A stretch of DNA of 64,000 nucleotides from a bacterium (GTDB lineage: Bacteria; Zhuqueibacterota; Zhuqueibacteria; Residuimicrobiales; Krinioviventaceae). The notes beneath the pieces are model-generated. The model was not told the origin of the DNA and made no database searches. It saw only the letters and a list, made by a program, of their open reading frames with translations. The translations under genes were made by a program, and so were the position numbers. How positions within the stretch are numbered: the stretch's first letter is position 1; every line of letters begins with the position of its first letter. Location of the stretch: the NCBI GenBank assembly GCA_963674595.2, contig CAXXFV010000016.1, positions 128,001-192,000 on the forward strand, given 5' to 3'. Shown here in pieces: positions 18,804 through 29,814 of this stretch.

Positions 18804-19011
18804 GTTTTCTTTATCGTCTTGAAGAATTGTAGCGGTGCAAAAAACTGATTCATTGACGGCAAGATGCCTCCGGTATAATCGTTTTATACTGCCCTAACAG
18901 AGGAATAATTTTTTAAATTATTGTATCACAAAACCTATCCCCGACTTGAAATCCGTAAATAAAAGCTTTATATTTAAAAGACGTGATATTATTATATTAT
19001 GGAGAAGCGAT

Positions 19012-19416
19012 ATGAAAGCGTGTCGTGAATGTAAGCATACTGTCAGTGAACAGGCAAATGCGTGTCCCAATTGCGGCGCACCTTATCCTGCAAAGGATAA
19101 GTGGGACGGCTGGGGATTTGAATACAAGTCCGAAACAACAATAGCCGGACTGCCGCTGGTGCATATTTCTTTCAAATACCGGCCAAACCGTATGCCGGTT
19201 CCTGCAAAGGGGATTATCGCCATCGGACAGTTTGGTATTGGTGTGGTTAATATCTCACAATTCGGCATCGGATTTTTTAGCGTCGGACAGTTTACCATTG
19301 CCGCCTATGCTCTGGCACAGTTTGCTGCGGCCTATTCTTTGATCGCCCAGATTGGTTTTTATTTAAATGTCGGCTATGGACAGGTTGTCTATAATCTTAC
19401 AAAAATTTTTCCCTAG
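19012..19416 (+). CDS. Zinc-ribbon protein with Gly-rich hydrophobic repeats
   Basis: 'CREC...CPNCG', then 'AKGIIAIGQFGIGVVNISQFGIG'; ATG 19012 after GGAG. Confidence 0.7.
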   Translation: MKACRECKHTVSEQANACPNCGAPYPAKDKWDGWGFEYKSETTIAGLPLVHISFKYRPNRMPVPAKGIIAIGQFGIGVVNISQFGIGFFSVGQFTIAAYALAQFAAAYSLIAQIGFYLNVGYGQVVYNLTKIFP

Positions 19417-20687
19417 GAAACCATGTTCGAATAATGCTCTGACAGGGAGAAAATACCTCCGCTGTGGCGATAAAAGTCATTATCTGTTATAAAAAAACCG
19501 TGTTCGATTTTGGTCCAGGGTGCGTTGTTATACGGATGATAGCTAGTCATCTGGTGCCAGTTTTTATAATTTTGATGTCCGTTGGTTTCCAATAATCCGG
19601 TAGACAATCCGGGCATGGGCGCCAGGCGCGCGGCAATGTTTTTGTTCCAATCCACTAAAATGGGGTTCACCGTCAAATCCGCACAAAAACAGGGAACTTT
19701 AGCCTCATGGGCTGTTCCGGCTGTTTTAAGGGTCATGCTCAATGTTTTGGCAATCGGTTTTAGTGCAAAAATATGATAACCCATATCAATTCGTTGTTTT
19801 GCTTCCTTGTCCGTATGGATGCTTTCATCTGCGGTAATGGGGACTCCCAAGTCACGTACATCTGTCTCATACTCCAGGGGAAAAGGTTCTTCAAGCATGA
19901 AAATTTGATCAAACGCCCCGATTTTTTGTGAATAATCAAGTAAAGAGAGTATCATTTCCTTGTTGGGATAACGTCCGTTGGCGTCCAGATAATAGAGGAT
20001 TTTATTATTAAGAGTATGCGGTGTTTGAAAATGCCCGACGGTTTCATGGATTTGTAAAAGCCGTTTTTTATCCTGCTCAAGCATCTGCTCCGGCGGTCCG
20101 GGACTGCCTGCTTTAATTTTTAGAATATAATGTCCATTTTCAACTGTTTGTTTTATTTCAGATAAAGGCGTATTGTATGATATAAGCGGTATGACGGTGA
20201 TTTTGCTGTGTTGATGCGAAAGGGCCGGTCTGTATGATTGAGGAAGCAAATCGTCAAACAGGGTAATGTTCTTTTCCTGCGCGTAGAGCAGCCATGCGGC
20301 ATTGTCCAGGGCAACCAGTGCGTTTAATACAAACGATTTTGACAGGTTTTTATAACCTGTGCGTTTTTGACCATATTCCCATACTTTTGGCCATAGGGCA
20401 TCCAGCATTTCTATCGGAGAGTTGAATTCCTGATTTATCGCCTGTTCAAGCCCGTTTTGCAGCAATTCAAACATGAGGGCATTGCTTTTGTCTTCCAAAA
20501 GGTTGCTGAAAATTACCGGATCCGCCCATAACGGGTTGAATGTCCCCAGTCCGATGCTGCTATACCCGGAATCGGTTTGCAGCATGGTAACCGATTGCAG
20601 GCTTTTCTGCATATAACTGCCTTTAAAACCGAACGGCTGAATAAAAGGCTCCGGTTCAAAATTGGCTGCTGTTTTGATGATTTTCAT
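19413..20687 (-). CDS. Enolase-superfamily enzyme (mandelate racemase/dipeptide epimerase-like)
   Basis: 'LKIK', 'LDANG', 'LEEP', 'ADES' metal-ligand motifs. Confidence 0.8.
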   Translation of the reverse strand: MKIIKTAANFEPEPFIQPFGFKGSYMQKSLQSVTMLQTDSGYSSIGLGTFNPLWADPVIFSNLLEDKSNALMFELLQNGLEQAINQEFNSPIEMLDALWPKVWEYGQKRTGYKNLSKSFVLNALVALDNAAWLLYAQEKNITLFDDLLPQSYRPALSHQHSKITVIPLISYNTPLSEIKQTVENGHYILKIKAGSPGPPEQMLEQDKKRLLQIHETVGHFQTPHTLNNKILYYLDANGRYPNKEMILSLLDYSQKIGAFDQIFMLEEPFPLEYETDVRDLGVPITADESIHTDKEAKQRIDMGYHIFALKPIAKTLSMTLKTAGTAHEAKVPCFCADLTVNPILVDWNKNIAARLAPMPGLSTGLLETNGHQNYKNWHQMTSYHPYNNAPWTKIEHGFFITDNDFYRHSGGIFSLSEHYSNMVS

Positions 20688-20722
20688 GGCCGCTTTTGAA
20701 TTTTTATTATTTATTCAGGTAT

Positions 20723-23248
20723 TTACGATAAAAATGTTTTTAAAGCCTCATACACTTCATCTCTGCTGCCGAATGCCTGGTGACATTCCGGTAAGGAGCG
20801 TAAAAATCTTTTGCCATAGCTTTTTTTAAGAATACGATTATCAAATACGATCACAGAACCCCGGTCTGTTTTGCGCCGAATAAGTCGCCCAAACCCCTGT
20901 TTAAATTTGAGAACAGCCATGGGAACAGCATATTCCATAAAGGCATTGCCGCCCTCTTTTTCAATGGCTTCATATCTGGCTTCGATAACCGGTTCGCTGG
21001 GCACCTGGAATGGAAGTTTGGTAATAATGACCGATTCCAGGGCGTCTCCTTCCACATCAACGCCCTCCCAAAAACTGTCTGTTGCAAAAAGCACGGATGT
21101 TTTGTCTTTTTTAAACATTCGCAGCAGTTCATGCCGGCTGGCCGTGCCCTGTTTCAGAGGTGTCAGGCCTACCATGTCCAGAGATTCCTGCAATTGCTGG
21201 TAGACAATGTGTAAAAGACCATAGGACGTGAATAGAATAAAGGCGCGGCCGTCTGATATGGTAACGGCCTTGAAAATGGCCTTAGCCAGTTCTTTGGCAA
21301 AGGTCGGGTGCCCGGGATCGGGCATGTCCTGAGGAACTGCAATAACAACCTGTTTTTTATAATCAAACGGCGCCGGAAGGATCAGTTCTGTACGGCGTTG
21401 CTGAGATATTTGATCAAGACCGAGACGGTCAGCCAAATAGTCGAATTTTTTATCAACAGTCAGCGTTGCCGATGTTAAAACAATTGTTTTAAAAACATCG
21501 AACACGGCCTTGTTCATCATGTCTCTGACGAATAACGGTGAACTCATAAAACGGAGAATATGTTGACCGCGGTATCCGTTTTTAACTTCCAGCCAGCGTA
21601 TGTTTTCTTCATCCTGTTGAAAGACAACATTGTCTATCGTATCGGCGGCCATATCAATTCGTTCTGCCTGGGCTTTTATTTCAATCAGCGCTGATGACCA
21701 GTCCTCATTGATCGTACTTTCCACTTTGGCGGCAAAATTAACCAGTCTTGTTAGTGCGGCTGAAAATGTTTTCAGTGATTGTATATAGTCTTTAAAATAG
21801 GAAGCCAGCCCGGAATTGATAATGAGTGCTTGCTGGACATGCGGCAACAACCGGATTTTCAATTCGTTATCCAGAGATTCCTGTGTGTTTTCTTTGACTG
21901 TATGAAAAAGTTGTTCCAGCAGATCATTGGAAAATTCCGTGAGATGGTCCAGTTGGGAAATGAGCTGGGTGTCAATCATCTGCAAAATCTGATCAAGGTC
22001 ATTTTTATCGATTTTTTTCTGGTTTCTTATCGCTTTAAATTTTAACGTCGGCAAATATCCTTTTGCCATTGATTTGTGTCTGCGATAAAGCCGGTTTAAC
22101 ATTCTGCTTATACCGGCGCGTGTAATCTGGCTGCCGAAATAACTGGTAGCCACCTGTTCAATATGATGCGCTTCATCAAAAATGATACGCTGGTAGGGGG
22201 GAAGGACGGCCGCGCTGTCCGGCAGTCCGATATGGTGCCGAATAGCCAGGTCAGCAAATAAAAGATGATGATTAACAACCAGAATTTGGGCACGGGTGGC
22301 TATTCTTCTGGCTTTGTTGACAAAACATTCCCTGAAAAATTTACATTTGCTGCGTGTGCAGGTGTCACTTTCCGAGGCAATTTTTTCCCAAATATTATTT
22401 GACGGTATGTATGATAAATCTGCTTTGCTGCCGTCTTTGGAATCTTTGGCCCAGCCGACCAGTGACTGGAGTTCGCTTTTTTCCGAATCTTCGGCAATGA
22501 CATCAATATCTGATTCAATTTCTGCAACTTTACGCATACAGACATAATTGCTGCGGCCTTTAACCAGGACCGCCTCAAAGGGTATATCAATTGTTTTTTG
22601 TAAAAAAGGGATGTCTTTTTTTATCAACTGTTCCTGCAGGTTGATAGTATTTGTTGAAATAACAATACGTTCTTTGTTTTGGTGGGCCCAGTGTATTGCC
22701 GGCAGGAGGTAGGCCATAGTTTTGCCGGTACCTGTTCCGGCTTCTATAATGGATATTTTTTCCTGATTAAAAGCCTGACAGGTATAATCGATCATATCCA
22801 ACTGTTGCGGCCGGTCTTCAAAACCTTTTAATTTTGAAGAAATGACACCGCCGGGTTTTAACAGGGCTTCAATTTGTTCTGTTTCAAGCGGTATGAGCTC
22901 TTTTTTTTGAAAAGGCTCTACGACAACATATATATCAGTAACTTTATTATTGACAATGTAAAAAGCTACACTGAAATCATCCAATTGGGCGGCGATGGAC
23001 ATATCGGCGTCGGAAGGTGTCAACATGCCGGAAGGGTGATTGTGAATGACCACATCCGCTTCCCTGGCAAGTTTCATGATCGCCGGAACCGCCATTTCGT
23101 TTCCCCTGGCAGCAACATCCACTTCGTGGACAATCAAATCGTCTTCGATATAGCCGACGAAAAAGACTTCGTTTCCCATAGCATCATCGATTGCTGCCCG
23201 CATTTTTTCAACGATTTCAGGGGAAATATATTTATGTACCCTTTGCAC
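20723..23248 (-). CDS. dinG: DinG-family Fe-S helicase with an N-terminal JAB/MPN (RadC-like) domain
   Basis: 'HNHPSG..TPS.AD' JAB motif; 'EAGTGTGKT', 'KGRSNYVC', 'DEAH', 'TSATL', 'QGFGRLIR'. Confidence 0.85.
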   Translation of the reverse strand: MQRVHKYISPEIVEKMRAAIDDAMGNEVFFVGYIEDDLIVHEVDVAARGNEMAVPAIMKLAREADVVIHNHPSGMLTPSDADMSIAAQLDDFSVAFYIVNNKVTDIYVVVEPFQKKELIPLETEQIEALLKPGGVISSKLKGFEDRPQQLDMIDYTCQAFNQEKISIIEAGTGTGKTMAYLLPAIHWAHQNKERIVISTNTINLQEQLIKKDIPFLQKTIDIPFEAVLVKGRSNYVCMRKVAEIESDIDVIAEDSEKSELQSLVGWAKDSKDGSKADLSYIPSNNIWEKIASESDTCTRSKCKFFRECFVNKARRIATRAQILVVNHHLLFADLAIRHHIGLPDSAAVLPPYQRIIFDEAHHIEQVATSYFGSQITRAGISRMLNRLYRRHKSMAKGYLPTLKFKAIRNQKKIDKNDLDQILQMIDTQLISQLDHLTEFSNDLLEQLFHTVKENTQESLDNELKIRLLPHVQQALIINSGLASYFKDYIQSLKTFSAALTRLVNFAAKVESTINEDWSSALIEIKAQAERIDMAADTIDNVVFQQDEENIRWLEVKNGYRGQHILRFMSSPLFVRDMMNKAVFDVFKTIVLTSATLTVDKKFDYLADRLGLDQISQQRRTELILPAPFDYKKQVVIAVPQDMPDPGHPTFAKELAKAIFKAVTISDGRAFILFTSYGLLHIVYQQLQESLDMVGLTPLKQGTASRHELLRMFKKDKTSVLFATDSFWEGVDVEGDALESVIITKLPFQVPSEPVIEARYEAIEKEGGNAFMEYAVPMAVLKFKQGFGRLIRRKTDRGSVIVFDNRILKKSYGKRFLRSLPECHQAFGSRDEVYEALKTFLS

Positions 23249-23260
23249 CTAAAGTCCTTT

Positions 23261-24226
23261 TTAATTATTTGTGGACTGGGGTGGTTTTAAAAGTTCCGCA
23301 TCAAAACCGGCGGCACACAGGTGCTGTGGGAATTCATCAAATCCATGGGTGGTGTAAATCTTTTGCGGATTGACCTCTTTAACAAAGGTAAAAAGATCGT
23401 TATAGTCGGCATGATCGCTGAGAGGAAGCACCTCATCGCTGTTATAGCGAAATCCGTTATCTCCGTTAGACCAACCGGACAACAACACAGAACGTCTTGA
23501 ACGGGGAAGATTATTAATATGCCTGGTTTTATAAAGATGCGGAGGCAGGATAAGCACTTCGCCCATGGCTAGGGTCCCTTCGCGCCAGGGTGCACAATTG
23601 GGGAAAGTTACACCAAATTCCTGATAGACCTGTGCAAATTGCCATGCATATTTGTGCACTCTGACGGCATACCCCAATTCACCGATAATTTTCATAGCTT
23701 CCTGGGCTTTGCCTAATCCATAGCCTAAAACAATTGGTGTTATCCTCTGATGAAAACATTGTTTGATAAAATCATCCAGTCTGTCCACAACATTTTCAAT
23801 ATTATTGTTAAATTGATAATCCGGATGACCAAAAGTCGACTCCATAATAAGGACATCAGCTTGCGGGATTTTTATGGGTTCCGAGGTTTTGCTGTCAGAA
23901 AGTTTAAAATCACCGGTATAAAGAAGCGAGGAATGATCGTTTTTTATCAGAATCATGGCAGAACCAAGAACGTGTCCGGCCGGCAGTAGCTGGATTTTCA
24001 GATCATCCAGTTCCAGGGTTTCATTAAAGTTTAAAACAATCGACTCTTTTTGCCGTGCTCGCATAGCATGAAATCGGGCTGTTATCGGCGTTGCCAGAAT
24101 TTTATCGTGGTTTTTTAAATGGTCAGCATGTCCGTGTGATACAAATGAAAAACTGGTCTTTCTATGTGCATCGAGCCAAAAATCCAGTCCGTTTATTTTA
24201 ATTCCTTTATCATCATAAAAAAACAT
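23261..24226 (-). CDS. MBL-fold (beta-CASP-like) nuclease
   Basis: 'SHGHADH', 'AGHVLGS', 'YTGD', 'ESTFG', 'LSDHAD', 'THG'. Confidence 0.85.
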   Translation of the reverse strand: MFFYDDKGIKINGLDFWLDAHRKTSFSFVSHGHADHLKNHDKILATPITARFHAMRARQKESIVLNFNETLELDDLKIQLLPAGHVLGSAMILIKNDHSSLLYTGDFKLSDSKTSEPIKIPQADVLIMESTFGHPDYQFNNNIENVVDRLDDFIKQCFHQRITPIVLGYGLGKAQEAMKIIGELGYAVRVHKYAWQFAQVYQEFGVTFPNCAPWREGTLAMGEVLILPPHLYKTRHINNLPRSRRSVLLSGWSNGDNGFRYNSDEVLPLSDHADYNDLFTFVKEVNPQKIYTTHGFDEFPQHLCAAGFDAELLKPPQSTNN

Positions 24227-24238
24227 GCTGCTCCAGTC

Positions 24239-24808
24239 TTAATTGATTTTTTGAACAAAGTATTGGTGAATTCGGGTATCGTTGGTCAGTTCCGGATGAA
24301 AGGTTGCAACAAGTATATTTCCCTGTTCGGCCATAACGGGCTCATTATTATGAGTTGCCAAAATTTGGACGTTTGGGCCGCAGGACATGATTTTTGGGGC
24401 GCGTATAAAAAAACCTTCGTATGACTCTTTTGAATCTGTGTTCCATAAAAGATCAACAGTGTCGATAAAAGAATCTATTTGCCGACCATAGGCGTTTCGA
24501 TTTACGGTAATATCAATAAGCCCCAGTGGTTCAACATGGTTTGAAGTGACTTTGTTGGCAAGAACAATTAATCCGGCACAAGTGCCAAAAATCGGGTTGT
24601 CCTTGCCAAAAGCGCGTATATCATCCCATAAATTATGTTTTATCATCAATTTTGTCAATGTTGTTGATTCGCCGCCGGGGATAATCAACCCGGAACAGGC
24701 AGATAGATCCTGCTGTGTTAAAACAAGCCGGGTTTGAATACCCATAGAGGCTATCATTTGCTGATGTTTTTCATAATCCCCCTGTAAAGCCAGTATACCG
24801 ATTGTCAT
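24239..24808 (-). CDS. pdxT: Pyridoxal 5'-phosphate synthase glutaminase subunit
   Basis: 'GILALQG', 'PGGEST', 'GTCAG', 'FIRAP', 'FHPE'. Confidence 0.97.
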   Translation of the reverse strand: MTIGILALQGDYEKHQQMIASMGIQTRLVLTQQDLSACSGLIIPGGESTTLTKLMIKHNLWDDIRAFGKDNPIFGTCAGLIVLANKVTSNHVEPLGLIDITVNRNAYGRQIDSFIDTVDLLWNTDSKESYEGFFIRAPKIMSCGPNVQILATHNNEPVMAEQGNILVATFHPELTNDTRIHQYFVQKIN

Positions 24809-24825
24809 AGTCGTTTTTAATACTC

Positions 24826-25710
24826 CTACCAGCCTCTTGATGCCATACGTTCTTCGGCCGGGAGTGTGGCAATGTCGATTCCCGGCATTGCGTCACCAAG
24901 ATTTTCAGAAACACGGGCAATCAGATCAAAATCCATAAAATGTGTTGTAGCAGAGACAATGGCTTTGGCCATTTTTTCCGGTTGTGTTGATTTAAAAATT
25001 CCACTGCCGACAAAAACGGTTTCTGCGCCTAATTGCCGCATAAGAGATGCATCTGCCGGTGTGGCAACACCACCTGCTGAAAAATTGGGGACCGGTAATT
25101 TACCCAGTTCTTTAACTTTACGAACTAATTCTACAGGTGCTCCAAGGTTTTTACCTTCGGTAACCAATTCTTCATCACCAAGGCTGACGATGCGTTTGAT
25201 GCCTTTTTGCACGGATCGCATGTGAAAAACAGCCTCAACAATATTTCCTGTCCCGGCTTCACCTTTTGTACGGATCATAGCAGCGCCTTCGGCAATACGG
25301 CGTAATGCTTCGCCCAGTTCCCGGCAGCCGCAAACAAAGGGTACTTTGAATTTTGATTTATCTACATGGAACTCTTCGTCGGCAGGTGTGAGAACTTCAC
25401 TTTCATCGATAAAATCGATACCCAACGATTCTAGTACCTGGGCTTCGGCGAAATGTCCGATACGGCATTTTGCCATAACCGGGATCGATACCGCTTTTTG
25501 GATACCTTTTATCATTGATGGGTCCGACATTCTGGCAATGCCGCCATGGGCTCGAATATCAGCCGGTATACGCTCAAGCGCCATAACAGCAACAGCGCCG
25601 GCATCTTCAGCGATTTTAGCTTGTTCCGGTGTGGTAACATCCATAATTACGCCGCCTTTGAGCATTTCTGCCAGACCTATTTTTAATTTCATATCTTTTG
25701 CATCTATCAT
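24826..25710 (-). CDS. pdxS: Pyridoxal 5'-phosphate synthase lyase subunit
   Basis: '[14 protein letters not shown]', '[11 protein letters not shown]', terminal 'RGW'. Confidence 0.98.
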   Translation of the reverse strand: MIDAKDMKLKIGLAEMLKGGVIMDVTTPEQAKIAEDAGAVAVMALERIPADIRAHGGIARMSDPSMIKGIQKAVSIPVMAKCRIGHFAEAQVLESLGIDFIDESEVLTPADEEFHVDKSKFKVPFVCGCRELGEALRRIAEGAAMIRTKGEAGTGNIVEAVFHMRSVQKGIKRIVSLGDEELVTEGKNLGAPVELVRKVKELGKLPVPNFSAGGVATPADASLMRQLGAETVFVGSGIFKSTQPEKMAKAIVSATTHFMDFDLIARVSENLGDAMPGIDIATLPAEERMASRGW

Positions 25711-25741
25711 AAATTTATCCTCGTGTTAATATTTTTCTATT

Positions 25742-27943
25742 TTATAAACCAATTCGTCGTTTTCCTCGTCTCCGAATATCCGAACCTTGAGTGTTGTTTT
25801 GTTCTCCGGTGTGTTCATCGCATGACATTGTTGGAACATGTCGAACGTCGGCTATTTCTTTTATCACGTTCGGACAGAAAGGTGTAGCTAATAATTTTGT
25901 ATCTGAACAAATCTCAACATCGACTATACCCTCCGGTCTTTCAAAATCCATAACCGGCAGGTGTAATGTATCGTGTGCTGCTTTAAAGAACGGTGCGGTT
26001 ATCGGCAACGCTGCCCGGGCACCGGACTGTTTCTCTCCCAAAGACATAACAGGATCATCCAAACCAACCCAGACACCTGCAACCATTTGAGGTGTAAAAG
26101 TAACATACCAGGCATCTGTAAAGTCGTTTGTGGTCCCTGTTTTTCCTCCGGCAGGCCTCATAAATTTATATACGGACCGTGATGCGGCGCCGGTACCGGC
26201 CGAGGCAACGGTCTTTAATAAATCAGCAAGAATGTAGGCTGTTTCTTCACGCAATACACCTTTGCTCTGAGGAATCGATTTTTCCAGAACATTGGAATAT
26301 TTATCTTCAACTCTTAAAACAGAAATCGGATCTACAAGTATTCCCTTGTTGGCAAAAACGCCAAAGGCGGATATGATTTCAATTGGTATAACACCGACAG
26401 CACCAAGGGCAATAGCATCAACAGCGTCTAAAGGTGTGGTTATGCCCAAATTACGTGCATATCTTATTACCTGTTCAGGTGGAATATCTTCCTGAACAAT
26501 CCGGGCGGTAACCAGGTTAAGAGATCTTCGTAAAGCTTCCCGCATGGTCGTTTTTCCGCCTATGGAACCATCATAATTTCTAGGGGTCCAGCGTGATCCG
26601 TCTGCCATGTGTACCACTATTGGTTGGTTCAATTTTTCATAATAGGGCATATAACCGTTATCCACAACAGCGGTATATACAATGGGTTTAAAAATAGAAC
26701 CGGGCTGACGGATTGCCTGTACAGCTCTGTTAAACTGGCTTTCCATAAAGTCTCTTCCGCCAACCATCGAAAGAATATGGCCGTCTCTCGGGTCTAATGC
26801 TACAAACGCTACCTGAACGCGGCATTTTTCGCTTATCAGAGAATCAACCAATGCTTTGTTTTGCATAAGCTGTTCCAGCGTTTGTTCTTTCAGCAAGCTT
26901 GGCGGAACCAGATATGAAAAATTCTTTTTACGCCGCATATTGTAATTGACGACTTTTTGCAGATTGGGTAAATGGTTTGCTATCGCACGTTCAGCACAGG
27001 CCTGGACCCGCGTATCCAGGGTTGTGTAAACTTTCATTCCACCCTTGTACAAATCCCAGCCATATTTTTTTTGTAAGTTTTGGCGAATATATTCCGTGAA
27101 ATAGGGGGCAATCCCTAAATTATAATCTTTTCCATGTTCTACAAGTTTTATTTCTTCCTGATTGGCGTCATTAAATTCTTGTTCTGTAATGATATTTTCG
27201 GTATACATACGGGTAAGCACGAGTTTTCTTCTATGTAGGGCCCGATCAAGATAACGATATGGGTTGAGTGCTGCCGGACGTTGAAGCATACCTGCCATTA
27301 AAGCGCATTCGGCAATCGTCAATTCACTCAATTTTTTATTAAAAAAATGAAGAGCCGCTGCTTCAACACCGTATGTTCCATGAGCAAATGACATGTGGTT
27401 CATGTACATTTCAAGGATTTCAGGTTTTGTATAGGTCCGTTCCAATTGAATGGACGTTAAAATTTCTTTAATTTTTCGGCTAACGGTTTTTTCCGGAGTT
27501 AAGTACAATCTTCTGGCTAGCTGTTGTGTAAGTGTTGACGCACCCTGTTCTTTGCTATGGGTGAAAAGATATTTACCGGTAACAAGAATTAAACGGAAGG
27601 GTGAAATTCCCCAATGGTCATAAAACCGATGGTCTTCTGTTGACAAAACAGCCAGAGTAAGCATTGGTGGTATATTTGACAAGGGAGTATAAACCCTTTT
27701 TTCTGTAAAAAATTCTTTTAAAAGCACACCATCTGCAGAATATACTTTGGTTGCCAGTTCAGGGGAATAGTTTTCCAACTGTTCAAATGTAGGAAGACTC
27801 TGTGTCAGGTAAACCAACCATCCTGATCCAACCAGGCAGATTAATACAACTGCTGCAATTAATATACGAATAGGACTTTTCCAAAAATTGCGGAACCAGG
27901 ATTTTTTTGATTTTTGTGTGTTTATAGTATGTTTTACAGTCAT
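25742..27943 (-). CDS. Class A penicillin-binding protein (PBP1A family)
   Basis: Glycosyltransferase 'EDHRFYDH', 'GASTLTQQ', 'RKIKE'; transpeptidase 'SIFK', 'SLN', 'KTG'. Confidence 0.93.
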   Translation of the reverse strand: MTVKHTINTQKSKKSWFRNFWKSPIRILIAAVVLICLVGSGWLVYLTQSLPTFEQLENYSPELATKVYSADGVLLKEFFTEKRVYTPLSNIPPMLTLAVLSTEDHRFYDHWGISPFRLILVTGKYLFTHSKEQGASTLTQQLARRLYLTPEKTVSRKIKEILTSIQLERTYTKPEILEMYMNHMSFAHGTYGVEAAALHFFNKKLSELTIAECALMAGMLQRPAALNPYRYLDRALHRRKLVLTRMYTENIITEQEFNDANQEEIKLVEHGKDYNLGIAPYFTEYIRQNLQKKYGWDLYKGGMKVYTTLDTRVQACAERAIANHLPNLQKVVNYNMRRKKNFSYLVPPSLLKEQTLEQLMQNKALVDSLISEKCRVQVAFVALDPRDGHILSMVGGRDFMESQFNRAVQAIRQPGSIFKPIVYTAVVDNGYMPYYEKLNQPIVVHMADGSRWTPRNYDGSIGGKTTMREALRRSLNLVTARIVQEDIPPEQVIRYARNLGITTPLDAVDAIALGAVGVIPIEIISAFGVFANKGILVDPISVLRVEDKYSNVLEKSIPQSKGVLREETAYILADLLKTVASAGTGAASRSVYKFMRPAGGKTGTTNDFTDAWYVTFTPQMVAGVWVGLDDPVMSLGEKQSGARAALPITAPFFKAAHDTLHLPVMDFERPEGIVDVEICSDTKLLATPFCPNVIKEIADVRHVPTMSCDEHTGEQNNTQGSDIRRRGKRRIGL

Positions 27944-27968
27944 AATAAAAATGTCGCAGTTATAAACT

Positions 27969-29000
27969 CTAATATTTACGGATATGAGTTAGTACTTTAC
28001 GATAAGCATTGAGGTCTGATAATACTTTACCAGTGCCGCGCGCAACAGCCAATAAAGGTTCTTCCGCAACGATAACCGGCAGGTTTGTTTCCTGTCTCAA
28101 TCGCTCGTCTAGCCCGGCAAGCATTGAACCACCACCTGTCATTAATATGCCGCGATCCAGAATGTCTGCGGATAATTCCGGCGGTGTTGTTTCCAGACAT
28201 AATTTTACGGAATCTACAATGGCGTTAACGGTTTCTGTTAATGCCTCCTGGACCTGTTTTGCTGTAATCGATACGGTTTTTGGAATTCCGGCAACAAGGT
28301 CCCGTCCTTTAACAGACAAAGAAGCTTTATTTTCATGCGGGGCCGCAGAACCGATTTCACATTTTATATTTTCTGCTGTATTTTCACCAATTAATAAATT
28401 GAATTTCTTTTTAAAATATTGAACGATGGCATCATTCATTTCATCGCCGCCGATTCGGATAGAGATGGAATTGACGATACCAAAAAGGGATATTACGGCG
28501 ATTTCCGTTGTACCACCACCAATGTCTATAACCATACTGCCGACAGGTTCATCGACCGGTAATCCGATACCGATTGCGGCAGCCATAGGCTCTTCTATTA
28601 AATAAACTTCGCGGGCACCGGCGTGTTCCGCCGAATCTCGAACGGCCCTTTTTTCTACTTCCGTTATTCCTGAGGGTACACAAATAGCTATGCGCGGTCT
28701 GGGAACACGGGTTGGAACAGCTTTACGTACAAAGTAACGTATCATTTGTTCCGCAAGGTCAAAATCTGCAATCACACCGTCTTTGAGGGGGCGTATTGTT
28801 ATAATTTCTCCGGGTGTTCTTCCGACCATTTCTTTTGCTTCATGTCCAAAAGCAACAATGTCCTGATTGCGTTTGCTGATAGCAACAACAGAGGGTTCGT
28901 TTAAAACGATATCCTGATTTTTTGCATAAACTAATGTATTAGCCGTACCAAGATCTATTGCCAGATCATTAGATAACATATTTCCAAAGTTGAATTTCAT
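27969..29000 (-). CDS. mreB: Rod shape-determining actin-like protein
   Basis: 'IDLGTANT', 'RPLKDGVIADF', 'DIGGGTTE', 'TGGGSML'. Confidence 0.97.
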   Translation of the reverse strand: MKFNFGNMLSNDLAIDLGTANTLVYAKNQDIVLNEPSVVAISKRNQDIVAFGHEAKEMVGRTPGEIITIRPLKDGVIADFDLAEQMIRYFVRKAVPTRVPRPRIAICVPSGITEVEKRAVRDSAEHAGAREVYLIEEPMAAAIGIGLPVDEPVGSMVIDIGGGTTEIAVISLFGIVNSISIRIGGDEMNDAIVQYFKKKFNLLIGENTAENIKCEIGSAAPHENKASLSVKGRDLVAGIPKTVSITAKQVQEALTETVNAIVDSVKLCLETTPPELSADILDRGILMTGGGSMLAGLDERLRQETNLPVIVAEEPLLAVARGTGKVLSDLNAYRKVLTHIRKY

Positions 29001-29064
29001 GACTGTCCTTTACGTACTTGGGAGTCAAGGGGGTATCTTTATTAATAAAGGAAAACAATAAAAC

Positions 29065-29664
29065 TTAATTGTTTTCGGCAAGATAATTTGTTATTGTCGA
29101 ATCATATTGACTTGTTCGCTTAAAAGCCGCCGTTGCCAGTTTTTTACGCGTTTCAAGGGAAACTGTTCCATCATTTTCGAGTTCCGTGATTATGCCGGCA
29201 TACTGTTCCGGATTTGTAACAACAGCAACACCGGGAAAATTTTTTGCCGATGCACGGATCATACAAGGACCGCCTATATCAATGTTTTCCAGGGCATCAT
29301 CCAAAGTAACATCCGGTTTAGCAATGGTTGCTTCAAAAGGATATAAATTCACAACGACCATATCAATAGGTGTAATATTGTGACTAATCAATTCCTGCAT
29401 TTGACCGGCATCATTTCGTTTGGCGAGAATGCCGCCGTGGATGTTCGGATGCAGCGTTTTTACACGTCCGCCTAAAATTTCCGGAAAATTGGTTACATCA
29501 GAAACAGGTGTCACCGGAATGTTGTTTTCTTTCAAATGACGGGCTGTTCCTCCGGTCGATAAAATTTCTACATTGTTTTTAACCAGGATTTTCACAAAGT
29601 CTAAAAGTCCGGTTTTATCATAAACGCTTACCAGCGCACGTTTTATTTTTATTTTATCTGTCAT
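29065..29664 (-). CDS. purH: Stand-alone IMP cyclohydrolase (N-terminal MGS-like half of PurH)
   Basis: '[11 protein letters not shown]', 'STGGT', 'GRVKTLHP', 'IDIGGP'; stops at 199 aa with no transformylase domain. Confidence 0.9.
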   Translation of the reverse strand: MTDKIKIKRALVSVYDKTGLLDFVKILVKNNVEILSTGGTARHLKENNIPVTPVSDVTNFPEILGGRVKTLHPNIHGGILAKRNDAGQMQELISHNITPIDMVVVNLYPFEATIAKPDVTLDDALENIDIGGPCMIRASAKNFPGVAVVTNPEQYAGIITELENDGTVSLETRKKLATAAFKRTSQYDSTITNYLAENN

Positions 29665-29706
29665 ATAATCCTCTCCCGGATTGAATTTTAAAAATTATCA
29701 AACGGT

Positions 29707-29735
29707 AATATAATGATTTTTTTTACTTCAAGCAA
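29707..29735 (-). promoter_or_regulatory. Candidate sigma70 promoter upstream of the purH N-half
   Basis: Minus-strand TTGCTT-17 nt-TATATT. Confidence 0.45.
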
Positions 29736-29814
29736 CACTGGAAATTTTAGTTGAATGAATAATGAGGAAGAGTGTGGAGGTTGTATTACAGTATTATATG
29801 CAACAGTAAATTTT

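Noticed and set aside
20723-23248. DinG as a type IV CRISPR (Csf4/CasDinG) or defence helicase
   Set aside because: No cas genes or repeat-spacer array in the window, and the context is housekeeping.
29665-29814. ZTP or purine riboswitch upstream of purine genes
   Set aside because: The spacer is AT-rich with a promoter close to the start and no recognisable aptamer; the transformylase gene has only 38 nt upstream.
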